From positions 128,001 to 192,000 of the forward strand of contig JBBILD010000001.1 in assembly GCA_037445065.1 (NCBI GenBank): a stretch of DNA of 64,000 nt. Direction: 5' to 3'. Source of the DNA: Myxococcales bacterium. Its GTDB lineage: Bacteria; Desulfobacterota; Binatia; HRBIN30. Positions 40,801 to 50,356 of this stretch are shown piece by piece. The position numbers and the translations under genes are program-made. The notes beneath the pieces were generated by a model. It had not been told where the DNA came from. It saw only the letters and a program-made list of their open reading frames with translations, and did not search any database. Numbering within the stretch: the first letter of the stretch is position 1; each line of letters opens with the position of its first letter.

Positions 40801-41079
40801 TCAGCTGGTGAGAATCCAAAGGAACCAGAGAACCCAGGCCACGATGGCAGCGACAAGGAGCACGGCTCCCGTATAATTCGAACTCTGTGCGAACCCTCGG
40901 GTAGCGTTGGGCGCTCGGGAAAGGGTTAACGGCGTCCCGGCAGAACTACGCTGCACAGCCACTACCCGCCACTTTTCGAATCCGGCGCTACGCAGCCGGT
41001 TTTCTACGGCAAGGCGAGCCGCAAGCGCATCAGGCTCGTTCACATCCAGGATTCGCACGTCGACTTCGTACTGTGGCAT
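40801..41079 (-). CDS. small tail-anchored membrane protein
   Basis: Globular N-terminus; C-terminal TM segment GAVLLVAAIVAWVLWFLWIL. Confidence 0.65.
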   Translation of the reverse strand: MPQYEVDVRILDVNEPDALAARLAVENRLRSAGFEKWRVVAVQRSSAGTPLTLSRAPNATRGFAQSSNYTGAVLLVAAIVAWVLWFLWILTS

Positions 41080-41105
41080 GCGTCAGCCCCCCAACCGCCT
41101 CGGGC

Positions 41106-42032
41106 TCAAGGCACCCGTACCACCATCTCTGCCGCGGATCCAACGTTCCCCCCGATGTCTCTTAATCGGACGCGCACTATCGTATCGCCGGGCGGAAATG
41201 TCAACGCATCGTTAATGAGAACGCAGTACTGGACCGTCGATGCCGCTTCGCGGAAGCGCAGATTACCGCCCACGTCGAGTGTGCAAGCAAAGTCCGGCTC
41301 GGTGAAAACACGGAAACGGCAGGCGAAATCATTCACGGCGTCGGTGGTAGCGAGTTCGAAGGCAGATTCGGAGAGAATGCTCCCAGGCACTCCGCCTAGC
41401 CGCGGTGGCGTGACATCGCAAACGGCCTCGCTTCCGTCGCCGAGAGCTCGGCTCACTTGTACGATGAGGTCCGGCAGCGCCTGAGGGTCGTTCCGCTTTG
41501 GATTGAAAAAAACCGTACCGGGAGGAAGCTGGCTTAGCCCCGGCCTTCCTTCCACGAAAATCAGGAAACCTGCTTCGCTCGTTCGTGTGAAAATCGGTCT
41601 CCCCTGTGGGTCGGTTCCGGTCGGTTGGTTCGGTTGCCCCCCAAGATCGGCCACACCAAGCGCGGTTACGATGGGCCCGAGCACAGGTGTCGCGGTGGGC
41701 GGGGTGGTTGGTGACGGTGTTGGGCTCGGGGCCACGGTTTGCGTGGGGCTCGGTGTTACAGTCGGTCGCTGTGTTGGGGTGTGGGGCTGGCCGGTTTCCG
41801 TACCCGTGGGTGCTGAAGGTGGCGTGGATGGCTCTACTCGCGGTGTAGCCGTGGCCGTCGGTGGTGGGGGAGCAGTTGGACTCAGCACCGGGGTATCGGT
41901 TGGGGTCGGCGTTGGGGTCAAGGCGGGTGCAGTTCTCCCACCTCCGCCACTGCACGCAGAAACGGCAAGAAACAAAAAGGTGCAAGTCCCTCTCCCTAGC
42001 AGAGTCTGCGCCTCCCGCCAGCCAGGCCGCAT
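41106..42032 (-). CDS. Pro/Thr-rich lipoprotein with a Cys-containing C-terminal domain
   Basis: Lipobox AVSAC-SGGGG, long PT linker, globular domain with 4 Cys. Confidence 0.75.
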   Translation of the reverse strand: MRPGWREAQTLLGRGTCTFLFLAVSACSGGGGRTAPALTPTPTPTDTPVLSPTAPPPPTATATPRVEPSTPPSAPTGTETGQPHTPTQRPTVTPSPTQTVAPSPTPSPTTPPTATPVLGPIVTALGVADLGGQPNQPTGTDPQGRPIFTRTSEAGFLIFVEGRPGLSQLPPGTVFFNPKRNDPQALPDLIVQVSRALGDGSEAVCDVTPPRLGGVPGSILSESAFELATTDAVNDFACRFRVFTEPDFACTLDVGGNLRFREAASTVQYCVLINDALTFPPGDTIVRVRLRDIGGNVGSAAEMVVRVP

Positions 42033-42196
42033 GGCAATTCCCTATCGCTAGGCAGGGAAAGCGTGTCAAGGAAGATCGTGGTGACTGAGGCAAATCCGCG
42101 AAGGCGTTTGCCCGGCACGGAAGCTTGATTCCTGGTGGGTGGGGTTGCATCACTGCCCAGCCTCTGGCACATCGGCTCGCCTTGGATCCAGGAGTG

Positions 42197-43558
42197 ATGA
42201 CGGCGAGCGCGCCTGCTTCCTTCGAGGACTGCGAGACCTTGCCGAATTGGCGAGAGCACTTTCGGCGGAAGTTGCTCTCTGCCGATGAGGCGGTGCAGTT
42301 CATCCGTGATGGGAACTCGGTTCGCTTGCCGATGGGATCGGTGCCGGTGAGCCTGGTCGAAGCCTTGGCGCGGCGGCGGGACGAGCTAAGAGGCGTGCGC
42401 GTTTACCAAGGTGCGAGTCGTTATCCGCTGCCGTTTGCCCAGGCGGATCCTGCTTGGATGGGGAAGATTGATTTCGTTTGCGATTTCATCTCGGCTTCGA
42501 TCCGAGCGGGAATCGAGGCACGCATTTCCGATTTCCTGGTGCTTGACTATGGCCTGGCTTCCCGCACCCAGCACGAGCAGCGGACAGACGTATGCCATCC
42601 TGACGTGTTTCTGGCGCCGGTTTCCGAGCCTGATCGGCAGGGAAACGTGAGCTTTGGGTTCACGCTTTGGAATGCTCGGGACTTCCTGCAGCGGGCGCGG
42701 CTGCGCATCGCAGAGGTGACGCCTGGGATGATTCGCACCGGCGGGGAGAATTCGGTGCCACTGGACGCGTTTGACTGGATTGTAGAGCGCAACGAACCCT
42801 CCGTCCTTGCTCCCCTTCCGGAGTTGAGCCCCGAGCGGATCGAAGTCACGGAGGTGATCGGCGCCTTTGTCTCGACTTTGGTGCGAGACGGAGACACGAT
42901 CCAGGTGGGCACCGGCACGCTGTCATCATGCATGGGGAGTTACTTGGAGGGCAAAAACGACTTGGGTATTGACGCGGAAATTCTGGTTCCCTCCGTCGTA
43001 GAGCTGATCAAGTTGGGCGTGGTGACTGGGAGCCGCAAGACGTTTCATCCGGGCGTGGCAACAGCCTCCTTTATCGTTCCCGGCAGCGACTTCGCATTTT
43101 GCCACCGAAACCCGCGCGTTGCCTTGTTCGACATCGAATGGTGCAACCACCTGCCTAGAATCGCGCAGATCGAGAACCTAGTGGCAATCAATCAAGCCTC
43201 GGCAATCGACCTCACGGGTCAGGTCGCCGCTGAGTCCATCGGGCCAACGATGTACACTGGCCCGGGGGGCCAGTTAGTTTGGACCATGGGGGCCCTGTAC
43301 GCCCCGCGAGGCCGGGCCGTAACCGTGCTGCCCTCGACCGCGCGAAACGGCACAGTCTCGCGCATCGTCCCTCAACTCACTCCAGGAACTGTGGTAACGG
43401 TGCCGCGGACATTTGTGGATTACGTGGTCACCGAGTATGGCATTGCCAATCTGCAGGGCCGGACCCAGCGGCAGCGCGCCGAGGCGCTGATCGAGCTGGC
43501 TCATCCGGATTTTCGTTCCGAGTTGCGGGCGGCGGCGCGGCGCCTTTTCTGGCCGTAG
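42197..43558 (+). CDS. acetyl-CoA hydrolase/transferase family (4-hydroxybutyrate CoA-transferase-like)
   Basis: DGDTIQVGTG, AIDLTGQVAAES, GPGGQ, VSRIVP, VVTEYGIANLQG, AHPDFR. Confidence 0.9.
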   Translation: MTASAPASFEDCETLPNWREHFRRKLLSADEAVQFIRDGNSVRLPMGSVPVSLVEALARRRDELRGVRVYQGASRYPLPFAQADPAWMGKIDFVCDFISASIRAGIEARISDFLVLDYGLASRTQHEQRTDVCHPDVFLAPVSEPDRQGNVSFGFTLWNARDFLQRARLRIAEVTPGMIRTGGENSVPLDAFDWIVERNEPSVLAPLPELSPERIEVTEVIGAFVSTLVRDGDTIQVGTGTLSSCMGSYLEGKNDLGIDAEILVPSVVELIKLGVVTGSRKTFHPGVATASFIVPGSDFAFCHRNPRVALFDIEWCNHLPRIAQIENLVAINQASAIDLTGQVAAESIGPTMYTGPGGQLVWTMGALYAPRGRAVTVLPSTARNGTVSRIVPQLTPGTVVTVPRTFVDYVVTEYGIANLQGRTQRQRAEALIELAHPDFRSELRAAARRLFWP

Positions 43559-43629
43559 CGCTGAGCCTGGCTCTCGGAACTCGTGCGCTGCGCCTGGTTG
43601 GCGGCAAGAAGAAAGGATGTGCGAGAAGG

Positions 43630-44760
43630 ATGGTCTGGTTGCTGACGTTTTTGGGAACCGGCTGGCTCCTGTACGCGCTTTTTGCCCGGCGGTGGTGGGT
43701 GGATCCAGTGCTGCGGCGCCCGGGCGTGGAAGCTTGCGGCCGCGTCGTTGCCGTGGTTCCCGCGCGCAACGAAGCGCGAGAGCTGCCCGTTACGCTGCCG
43801 GCTTTGCTGCGGCAGAGCTACCCGGACTTAGTAGTCGTTCTAGTTGACGATCATTCCCAAGACGACACGGCAAGTGTCGCCGAGCGGATCGCCAGAGAAT
43901 ACGCCAGTGAGGACCGCTTCCGTGTGGTCTTCCCCGACCCTTTGCCTCCAGGCTGGATGGGAAAGGTATGGGCTCAGCGGCGCGGTGTACAGGAGGCAAA
44001 GCAGTTGGGCGCGCTGTGGGTGTGGTTCACGGATGCCGACATCCGCCACGCACCGGACGTCCTCGAGCGGTTATTGGCGACCGCGCAAGCGGAGAGCCGT
44101 GACTTTGTGTCCGTGATGGCACGCCTTCACTGCAAGTCATGCTGGGAGCGACTCCTCATTCCAGCATTCATGTACTTCTTTGCCATGCTTTACCCATTCT
44201 CCAGTGTGGCCCGCGATGGCTCGAGGGTCGCCGCGGCAGCCGGCGGATGCATGTTGGTGCGCACCACTTTGCTCGATCGCATCGGTGGAATGGAAGCGAT
44301 TCGAGACGCAGTCATTGACGACGTTGCCCTGGCTCGCGCCTGCAAGCAGCTAGGCGGCCACCTGTGGCTAGGGTATTACGACGGCGTCCAGTCCACGCGC
44401 GGGTACCCGAGCCTAGGGGCGATTTGGAACATGGTGGCGCGTAGCGCCTACTCCCAGCTACGGTACAACCCGGTCGCCCTGGTCTTTACTCTTTTCGGAA
44501 TGGTCACGGTGTTCCTCTTGCCGGTGGCGGCCGCCTTTTGTGGGCACGGGGGCGCAAGGTGGTGGGGTTGGATCGCATACTTGAGCATGGTGCGAACCTA
44601 CGTGCCGGTGGTACGCTACGTGGGCTGTTCGCTTCGCTGGGCCTTCGCGTTACCGATTGCGGCACTGTTGTACACGGCCATGACCCTCTCGTCGGCGATC
44701 CGTTATTACCGCGGAACTCTGACAGCCTGGAAAGGCCGCACGTACAGGGTAAGTGGTTGA
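43630..44760 (+). CDS. hpnB: GT2 glycosyltransferase, hopene-associated HpnB-like
   Basis: PARNEA, VDDHSQDDT, LPPGWMGK.WA, FTDADI, AAAGGCMLV, IDDVALA, WNMVARSAYSQL, WKGR. Confidence 0.8.
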   Translation: MVWLLTFLGTGWLLYALFARRWWVDPVLRRPGVEACGRVVAVVPARNEARELPVTLPALLRQSYPDLVVVLVDDHSQDDTASVAERIAREYASEDRFRVVFPDPLPPGWMGKVWAQRRGVQEAKQLGALWVWFTDADIRHAPDVLERLLATAQAESRDFVSVMARLHCKSCWERLLIPAFMYFFAMLYPFSSVARDGSRVAAAAGGCMLVRTTLLDRIGGMEAIRDAVIDDVALARACKQLGGHLWLGYYDGVQSTRGYPSLGAIWNMVARSAYSQLRYNPVALVFTLFGMVTVFLLPVAAAFCGHGGARWWGWIAYLSMVRTYVPVVRYVGCSLRWAFALPIAALLYTAMTLSSAIRYYRGTLTAWKGRTYRVSG

Positions 44761-45398
44761 CGCTGCGCTCGCTGCCGTGAGCCCGCGCGGCGAGGAGGAA
44801 GCCCGCCCGCACGGCACGGGATTCACTGTGCCATTGGATGAATCGTGAGCCGCGCTTCACACGACGTTCCGTCGCGGCGGCGAACCTGCACGCTGGGAGT
44901 GGGCTCTCAGCAGGCTTTGCATGGGTCCTGGTGCGGCGATGTGCACGGAACCAGGGGGCCAGCCGCGAACGCGGGCAGCATGACTGCGTCACGGTTAGTC
45001 GACCTCGAATCCTTTGCCGGGCCTGGACTGTCTTCGCGTGCGAGTGAGAGTGCATCGAGGACCGCATGAGGGCTCGACCGTGCTGGCTACGGGCGACGCT
45101 AGACAGCCACTCGTTGCTGGCAAACTCGCCTCGTCAGTGCGTGGCTCTCGAATTCGTGGCTGCCGCGGTCAATGTTGCATTGCCGGCCCCAGGTCGAGCT
45201 GTGCGAGCTTCCCGCACTGGGTTGCTGAGCGGGCGTGACGTGTGGGAGAAGGTTGCTGAGGCGAGGTCCGACGGCGGGTTACGGGAGTGTTTCCCAGCGT
45301 AGCGTGCCGTGCCGCATGCGGCGGCGTGGTGCCCGCCGGTTACCGGGCGTGGCAACCAAGACGTTGTGGGCACGCCCTCGAACCGTTCGGGGGCCGAA

Positions 45399-45426
45399 TT
45401 GACTCGAATTTGCACCTACTTTTAAT
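45399..45426 (+). promoter_or_regulatory. putative sigma70 promoter for the ACAD pair
   Basis: TTGACT-16 nt-TTTAAT in an AT-rich patch about 60 nt upstream of ATG 45488. Confidence 0.45.
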
Positions 45427-45487
45427 AGGCGGTCGTTCCCGCGCGGTTAGGGCGCTCGGGGATCAATACGGAGCCAGAGGACGTCGC

Positions 45488-46588
45488 ATGAATTTCGACT
45501 TTTCGGACGATCAAAAGATGCTGCGCGAGAATGCGCGCGCCTTCTTGAGTAAGGAATCACCCCTGACGCTGTGCCGGCAGGTTCTCGAATCGGACGCATC
45601 TTACTCGCAATCTCTTTGGCAAGCCGTGGCCGGGCAGGGGTGGCAGGGGACCGCCATCCCGGAAACGTACGGTGGGGCGGGGTTTGGCCGGCTCGATTTG
45701 GCGGTTTTGGCGGAAGAGTTAGGCCGCGCCCTCGCGCCGATTCCATTCTCTTCCACAGTGTACTTGGCGGCTGAGGCGTTGCTGGTGGCCGGAACGGAGG
45801 AGCAAAAGAAGCGCTACTTGCCCCCGGTCGCACGCGGGGAGTGTATCGCCACCGTGGCTCACGGCGAGGCTGGGGCCGATGGCGCCCTGCGAACATCATT
45901 CACGAAAGGACGAGTGCGGGGCCAGAAAGCGCCAGTGCCAGACGGCGACGTAGCGGACATCGCCCTGGTATCTGCCAAAAGCGGGAGGGAAGTGGGCTTG
46001 GTCATTGTGGAGCTGGCAGTGCCGGAGGTAACGCGGCAAAAACTCCAGTCCATCGACCCAAGCCGCTCCCTTGCCTCCCTATCGTTCCAGCGCGCCCCAG
46101 GGGAGTGGCTGGGCGGGAGGCCGTGCGGCTGGCAGACCATCGAACACATCTTTGATCGAGCCGCGGTCCTGTATGCGTTCGAGCAGCTGGGGGGTGCGCA
46201 ACGAGCCTTCGAGATCACGCGCGAGTATTTGCTGCACCGGTATGCTTTCGGGCGGCCGATTGGATCTTTTCAAGCGCTCAAGCATCGGATGGCGGACTGG
46301 TATGTGGAACTCGAGCTGGCAAGGTCGAATTGTTATTACGGCGCCTGGGCTCTGAGCAACGAGGCTCCAGAGCTTCCGGTTGCGGCCTGCGGAGCCAGAG
46401 TGAGCGCAGCGGCCGCCTTCGAGTTGGCCAGCAAAGAGATGATTCAGATGCATGGAGGCATGGGCTTTACCTGGGAGCACGATGCACATCTGTTTTATCG
46501 GCGAGCCCGCTGGCTGGGTTCCGTGCTGGGCAGTGCGCCTCTTTGGCGTGAAAAGCTGGTGGCTCGCTTAGAAGCGCAACAGGCGTGA
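45488..46588 (+). CDS. acyl-CoA dehydrogenase, partner-type subunit (PimD/FadE-like)
   Basis: MNFDFSDDQ, IPETYGGAG, AFGRPIGSFQALKH, QMHGGMGFTWE; lacks the IYxGTxEI motif. Confidence 0.88.
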   Translation: MNFDFSDDQKMLRENARAFLSKESPLTLCRQVLESDASYSQSLWQAVAGQGWQGTAIPETYGGAGFGRLDLAVLAEELGRALAPIPFSSTVYLAAEALLVAGTEEQKKRYLPPVARGECIATVAHGEAGADGALRTSFTKGRVRGQKAPVPDGDVADIALVSAKSGREVGLVIVELAVPEVTRQKLQSIDPSRSLASLSFQRAPGEWLGGRPCGWQTIEHIFDRAAVLYAFEQLGGAQRAFEITREYLLHRYAFGRPIGSFQALKHRMADWYVELELARSNCYYGAWALSNEAPELPVAACGARVSAAAAFELASKEMIQMHGGMGFTWEHDAHLFYRRARWLGSVLGSAPLWREKLVARLEAQQA

Positions 46589-46640
46589 GAAGACGGTCGG
46601 AATAAGTGTAGTTGCCGTGCCGAGTAGGAGGACGTAGGCT

Positions 46641-47879
46641 ATGGATTTCAACGACACATCGGAAGAAGCGGCATTTCGAGCCGAGGCCCGTGCCTGGCTA
46701 GAGGCGAATGCGGAACGGTTGGCACCGGGTGAGCAGCCAAGTGGCCTGGAGGGCCGCTTTGACCCAGAGATGGTCCAGAAGGCTAAAGAATGGCAGCGCA
46801 AAAAAGCCGATGCGGGTTGGGCCTGCATCACCTGGCCAAAGGAGTACGGTGGGCGGGGGGCCTCTCCCATCCAAGCCGTGATTTGGAACCAAGAAGAGTC
46901 CCGCTTCAAAACGCCTCCGAACATCTTTGCCATCGGCCAGGGAATGCTCGGCCCGACCATCATGGTGCACGGCACGGACGAACAAAAGCGGCGTTACTTA
47001 CGCCCGATGCTACGTGGCGAGGAGATCTGGTGCCAGTTGTTTAGTGAACCTGCGGCTGGATCCGATCTGGCTGGGCTTCGCACTACCGCTGTGCGGGACG
47101 GTGATGACTGGATTATCAACGGACAGAAAATTTGGACGACCGGAGCCCAGTATTCGAAGTGGGGCATGATTCTAACGCGCACCGACCCCAACGCCGAGAA
47201 ACACCGCGGGATCACGTACTTCATCGTCGACATGGAGTCGCCTGGCATCGAGATCCGGCCGATCAAACAAATGAACGGCATGTCGAGCTTCAATGAAGTG
47301 TTCTTCACCGACGTGCGCGTGCCGGACAAAAACCGCGTTGGTGACGTCAACGATGGTTGGCGCTGCGCACTGACCACGTTGATGAATGAGCGCCATGCAA
47401 TCGGGGCCGGGAGCGGTGGGCCAGATGTGCGCGACCTGTTTTTCCTTGCCCGCTCCGTGCTTTGGAACGGCAAGCCTGCCATTCGAGACAGCGGCGTTCG
47501 CCAGCGCCTGGCGGAGTTCTATGTTCGCGCGAAAGGGCTGCAGTACACGAGCTACCGCACCCAAACGGCCCTCTCTCGCGGACAAACGCCCGGGCCAGAA
47601 AGCTCGATCGGTAAACTGGTGGGCGCGCCATTGCGCCAAGAAATGGCTGCGTTCGCGATCGAGTTGCAAGGAGCGGCGGGGGCATTGCTGGACCCTTCGG
47701 CACCGCAGGAGGCCCTCTGGCAAATGGCATATCTCGGTTCCCCTGGGTTGCGCCTGGCAGGAGGGACGGACGAGATTCTGCGCAACATCATTGCCGAACG
47801 CGTGCTCGGGCTTCCACCAGAGGTGCGCGTAGATAAAGAAGTGCCGTTTAAAGACTTGCCGACCGGTCCGCGTTCCTGA
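46641..47879 (+). CDS. acyl-CoA dehydrogenase, catalytic-type subunit (PimC/FadE-like)
   Basis: WCQLFSEPAAGSDLA, NGQKIWTT, FNEVFF, TTLMNER, AGGTDEILRNIIAERVLGLP. Confidence 0.92.
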   Translation: MDFNDTSEEAAFRAEARAWLEANAERLAPGEQPSGLEGRFDPEMVQKAKEWQRKKADAGWACITWPKEYGGRGASPIQAVIWNQEESRFKTPPNIFAIGQGMLGPTIMVHGTDEQKRRYLRPMLRGEEIWCQLFSEPAAGSDLAGLRTTAVRDGDDWIINGQKIWTTGAQYSKWGMILTRTDPNAEKHRGITYFIVDMESPGIEIRPIKQMNGMSSFNEVFFTDVRVPDKNRVGDVNDGWRCALTTLMNERHAIGAGSGGPDVRDLFFLARSVLWNGKPAIRDSGVRQRLAEFYVRAKGLQYTSYRTQTALSRGQTPGPESSIGKLVGAPLRQEMAAFAIELQGAAGALLDPSAPQEALWQMAYLGSPGLRLAGGTDEILRNIIAERVLGLPPEVRVDKEVPFKDLPTGPRS

Positions 47880-47915
47880 GCGGCGGGGAATTCGCGGAGC
47901 GGCGCCGCCCAACTC

Positions 47916-49118
47916 ATGAGCTCCCCTCACCGCGGCGCGTTCGCACTGTTGTTCGTTTGCCTGCTGTGCGTGGGCATCGGACAGTCCATGCTATTCTCGA
48001 TTTTACCGCCAGCCGCGCGAGAGATCGGCATCTCGCCGTTCCAGGTGTCCACGATCTTTGCCACCTCCGCCTTTCTCTGGGTGTTCGTGAGCCCCTGGTG
48101 GGGCAGAAAGAGCGATGTCAGCGGCCGCCGGAAAATCATCTTGATCGGCTTGTTAGGTTACGCCCTGTCCATGGCGGCCATCGCCACGGTGATCCGTATT
48201 GGCAAAGGGGGGCAACTGCCGGCCCTGATCGTGTATCCGCTGCTGATCGCCTCGCGCTGCATCTTCGCGCTGATTGGTTCTGGGACCGGCCCGGCTTCTC
48301 AGGCATACATTGCGGATCGGACGACCCGGGCGGAGCGGGCTGCAGGCGTGGCCTTGGTGAGTGCGGCGATGAGCCTGGGAGAAACGATCGGCCCAGGAAT
48401 GGGAGCAGCGCTTGCGCCATGGGGTTTAGTGACTCCTTTGTACGTAGCCTCCGGGCTTGCCGTGGTCAGTGCCTTGGCGGTGTGGTTTTTCTTACCGGAG
48501 AGTGATCCCCCCCGGAGTCCACAGGGTAGCCCTGCCGAGCGTATGTCGGTTTTTGACCGCCGAGCGCGAGTCTACTTACTCGTGGTGACAGCTCTGCAGG
48601 CAGTGCGAGCCACTACCATCATTACGCTTGCCTTTTTCTTGCAAGACACGTTACGCCTCGATGCGCACGAAACGGTCCAGCTGTCCGGGATCGGGTTTGT
48701 GACTTTGGCCATTGCTGGTTTGTTTTCGCAATTGGTCATCGTTCAGCGTCTGCGGCCCTCTCCGCGCACAATGATGCGAGTGGGAGCGGTTTGCATGTTC
48801 TTGGCGTTTCTCGGCTTCGTCCTCGGCCAACGCTTCGAAGTGTATGTGTCGGCGCTTGCCGTGCTGGGGCTTGGCATGGGGTTGGTGCGGCCAGGAGCGG
48901 CGGCGGCGGCCTCGCTGTCGGTGCGTCCGCACGAGCAAGGCGCAGTTGCCGGTATCTTGGGCGGGATTTCTGTCGTGGGGAACGTGGTCGGGCCCATGGT
49001 AGGGACGCTTCTGTACAGCGTTGATCGGCATGGCCCCTACGTATTGAACGCGGCGGTGATGGCGGCAATTGTGGTGCTGGTGTGGACCAACGCGCGCATT
49101 CGCCAAATCCGGGTGTAA
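47916..49118 (+). CDS. MFS transporter (DHA1/TetA-like)
   Basis: About 12 TM segments, WGRKSDVSGRRK motif A, AYIAD, GPG.G. Confidence 0.92.
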   Translation: MSSPHRGAFALLFVCLLCVGIGQSMLFSILPPAAREIGISPFQVSTIFATSAFLWVFVSPWWGRKSDVSGRRKIILIGLLGYALSMAAIATVIRIGKGGQLPALIVYPLLIASRCIFALIGSGTGPASQAYIADRTTRAERAAGVALVSAAMSLGETIGPGMGAALAPWGLVTPLYVASGLAVVSALAVWFFLPESDPPRSPQGSPAERMSVFDRRARVYLLVVTALQAVRATTIITLAFFLQDTLRLDAHETVQLSGIGFVTLAIAGLFSQLVIVQRLRPSPRTMMRVGAVCMFLAFLGFVLGQRFEVYVSALAVLGLGMGLVRPGAAAAASLSVRPHEQGAVAGILGGISVVGNVVGPMVGTLLYSVDRHGPYVLNAAVMAAIVVLVWTNARIRQIRV

Positions 49119-49120
49119 GC

Positions 49121-50161
49121 GTGAAGGGCGGAGGGGATCTACTGCGTCCCGTGCGGGAGTTTGGGTTGTTCGCAAACGAAGAGTTTTGGCGCGACTACGG
49201 CGCTCGGGTCGAGGCAATCGCAGCCCGCCACCAGGTGGCCTGCACGCAGATCCTTGCACCGGGGGGCGAGGAGCGGGTTCGTGAAGCGGAACTGAGCCGC
49301 ATCGAGGTGGCGACTTTCAACGGGTATTGGGAAGCGGACCCTCGTTTCACGCGCCACTTTTTCGGAGTGTTGCTCCGCGCACCCCGGCTTCGTTGGCTCC
49401 ACGCTCCCAATGCGGGAGTTGACCACCCCGTGTTTGCTCGCTTGTCGGAACGTGGCGTGTTGTTGAGCACCTCTGCCGGGGCCAACGCCCGCCCAGTCGC
49501 GGAAACGGCTCTCGCTGGGATGCTCGCGCTGGCGCGAGGCTTTCCTCACTGGTGGCGCGCACAACAGCAGCGCCAATGGGCCCCGCTCGGTGAGGCACGC
49601 CGGGATTTTTGCGGGCAGACGGTCGTCATTGTCGGGTTGGGCGCCATTGGACAGCAGCTAGCTCGGCTGTTGACCCCGTTTGGGGTGCACCTGGTAGGCG
49701 TGCGCCACAGCCGCCAGTCTTCACCCCTTGTTGCGCAGACCCTGGGTTACGAAGAGTTGGACTCGGTTTTACCGCGGGCGGACTGGTTGGTCCTCTGTTG
49801 CCCGCTGAGCGAACGCACGCGCCAGCTAGTTGATCGCCGCCGCTTGGGCTTGCTGCCGCGGCACGCCTGCGTCGTGAACGTGAGCCGAGGGGCGGTGATG
49901 GACGAGCAGGCACTGGCTGAGCGACTGGCGTCGGGAGAATTGGGCGGAGCCTATCTCGACGTGTTCGCTCAAGAACCCCTGCCGCCGAACTCGCCGCTCT
50001 GGACCCTGCCCAATGTGATTCTCTCCCCGCACGATGCCGCCGGTGCGCAGGGAAACCGCCAACGGGTAAGCGAGCTGTTTCTCGAGAACTTGGAGCGGTT
50101 TCTCTCTGGCCAGCCTTTGCGGAACTTAGTGCCTCCTAAGCAGCCGCGAGAGCGCGACTGA
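49121..50161 (+). CDS. D-2-hydroxyacid dehydrogenase
   Basis: NAGVD, GLGAIG, NVSRG, LDVFAQEPLP, LSPHDA. Confidence 0.9.
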   Translation: MKGGGDLLRPVREFGLFANEEFWRDYGARVEAIAARHQVACTQILAPGGEERVREAELSRIEVATFNGYWEADPRFTRHFFGVLLRAPRLRWLHAPNAGVDHPVFARLSERGVLLSTSAGANARPVAETALAGMLALARGFPHWWRAQQQRQWAPLGEARRDFCGQTVVIVGLGAIGQQLARLLTPFGVHLVGVRHSRQSSPLVAQTLGYEELDSVLPRADWLVLCCPLSERTRQLVDRRRLGLLPRHACVVNVSRGAVMDEQALAERLASGELGGAYLDVFAQEPLPPNSPLWTLPNVILSPHDAAGAQGNRQRVSELFLENLERFLSGQPLRNLVPPKQPRERD

Positions 50162-50356
50162 GTCACCAATCATTCTTGTGCGTTTCGCCGCTTGCGTCGG
50201 CGCGGCTAGGCCTAGGCCAGTCGGAGTTCGTGGTCCGAACGCGGGCTGCATGCTGCCCGGTGGGCTTTTGCGCAGGGTTCTTGTGTAGAAGAAGCACCAA
50301 CTGCGGGGGAGATTCGGTGGGCCTAGCCGTTCCGGTGACCCGCCGGAGGGGAGAAC

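Noticed and set aside
41690..41930. Low-complexity repeats (also 14440-14660 and 56700-56830) as a CRISPR or tandem DNA array
   Set aside because: They are Pro/Thr codon runs inside ORFs with no fixed repeat-spacer period.
44790..45400. RNase P RNA-like start (GAGGAAGCCCGCCC)
   Set aside because: No GAAAGTCC core and no matching 3' ACAGAAnnCGGCTTA segment.
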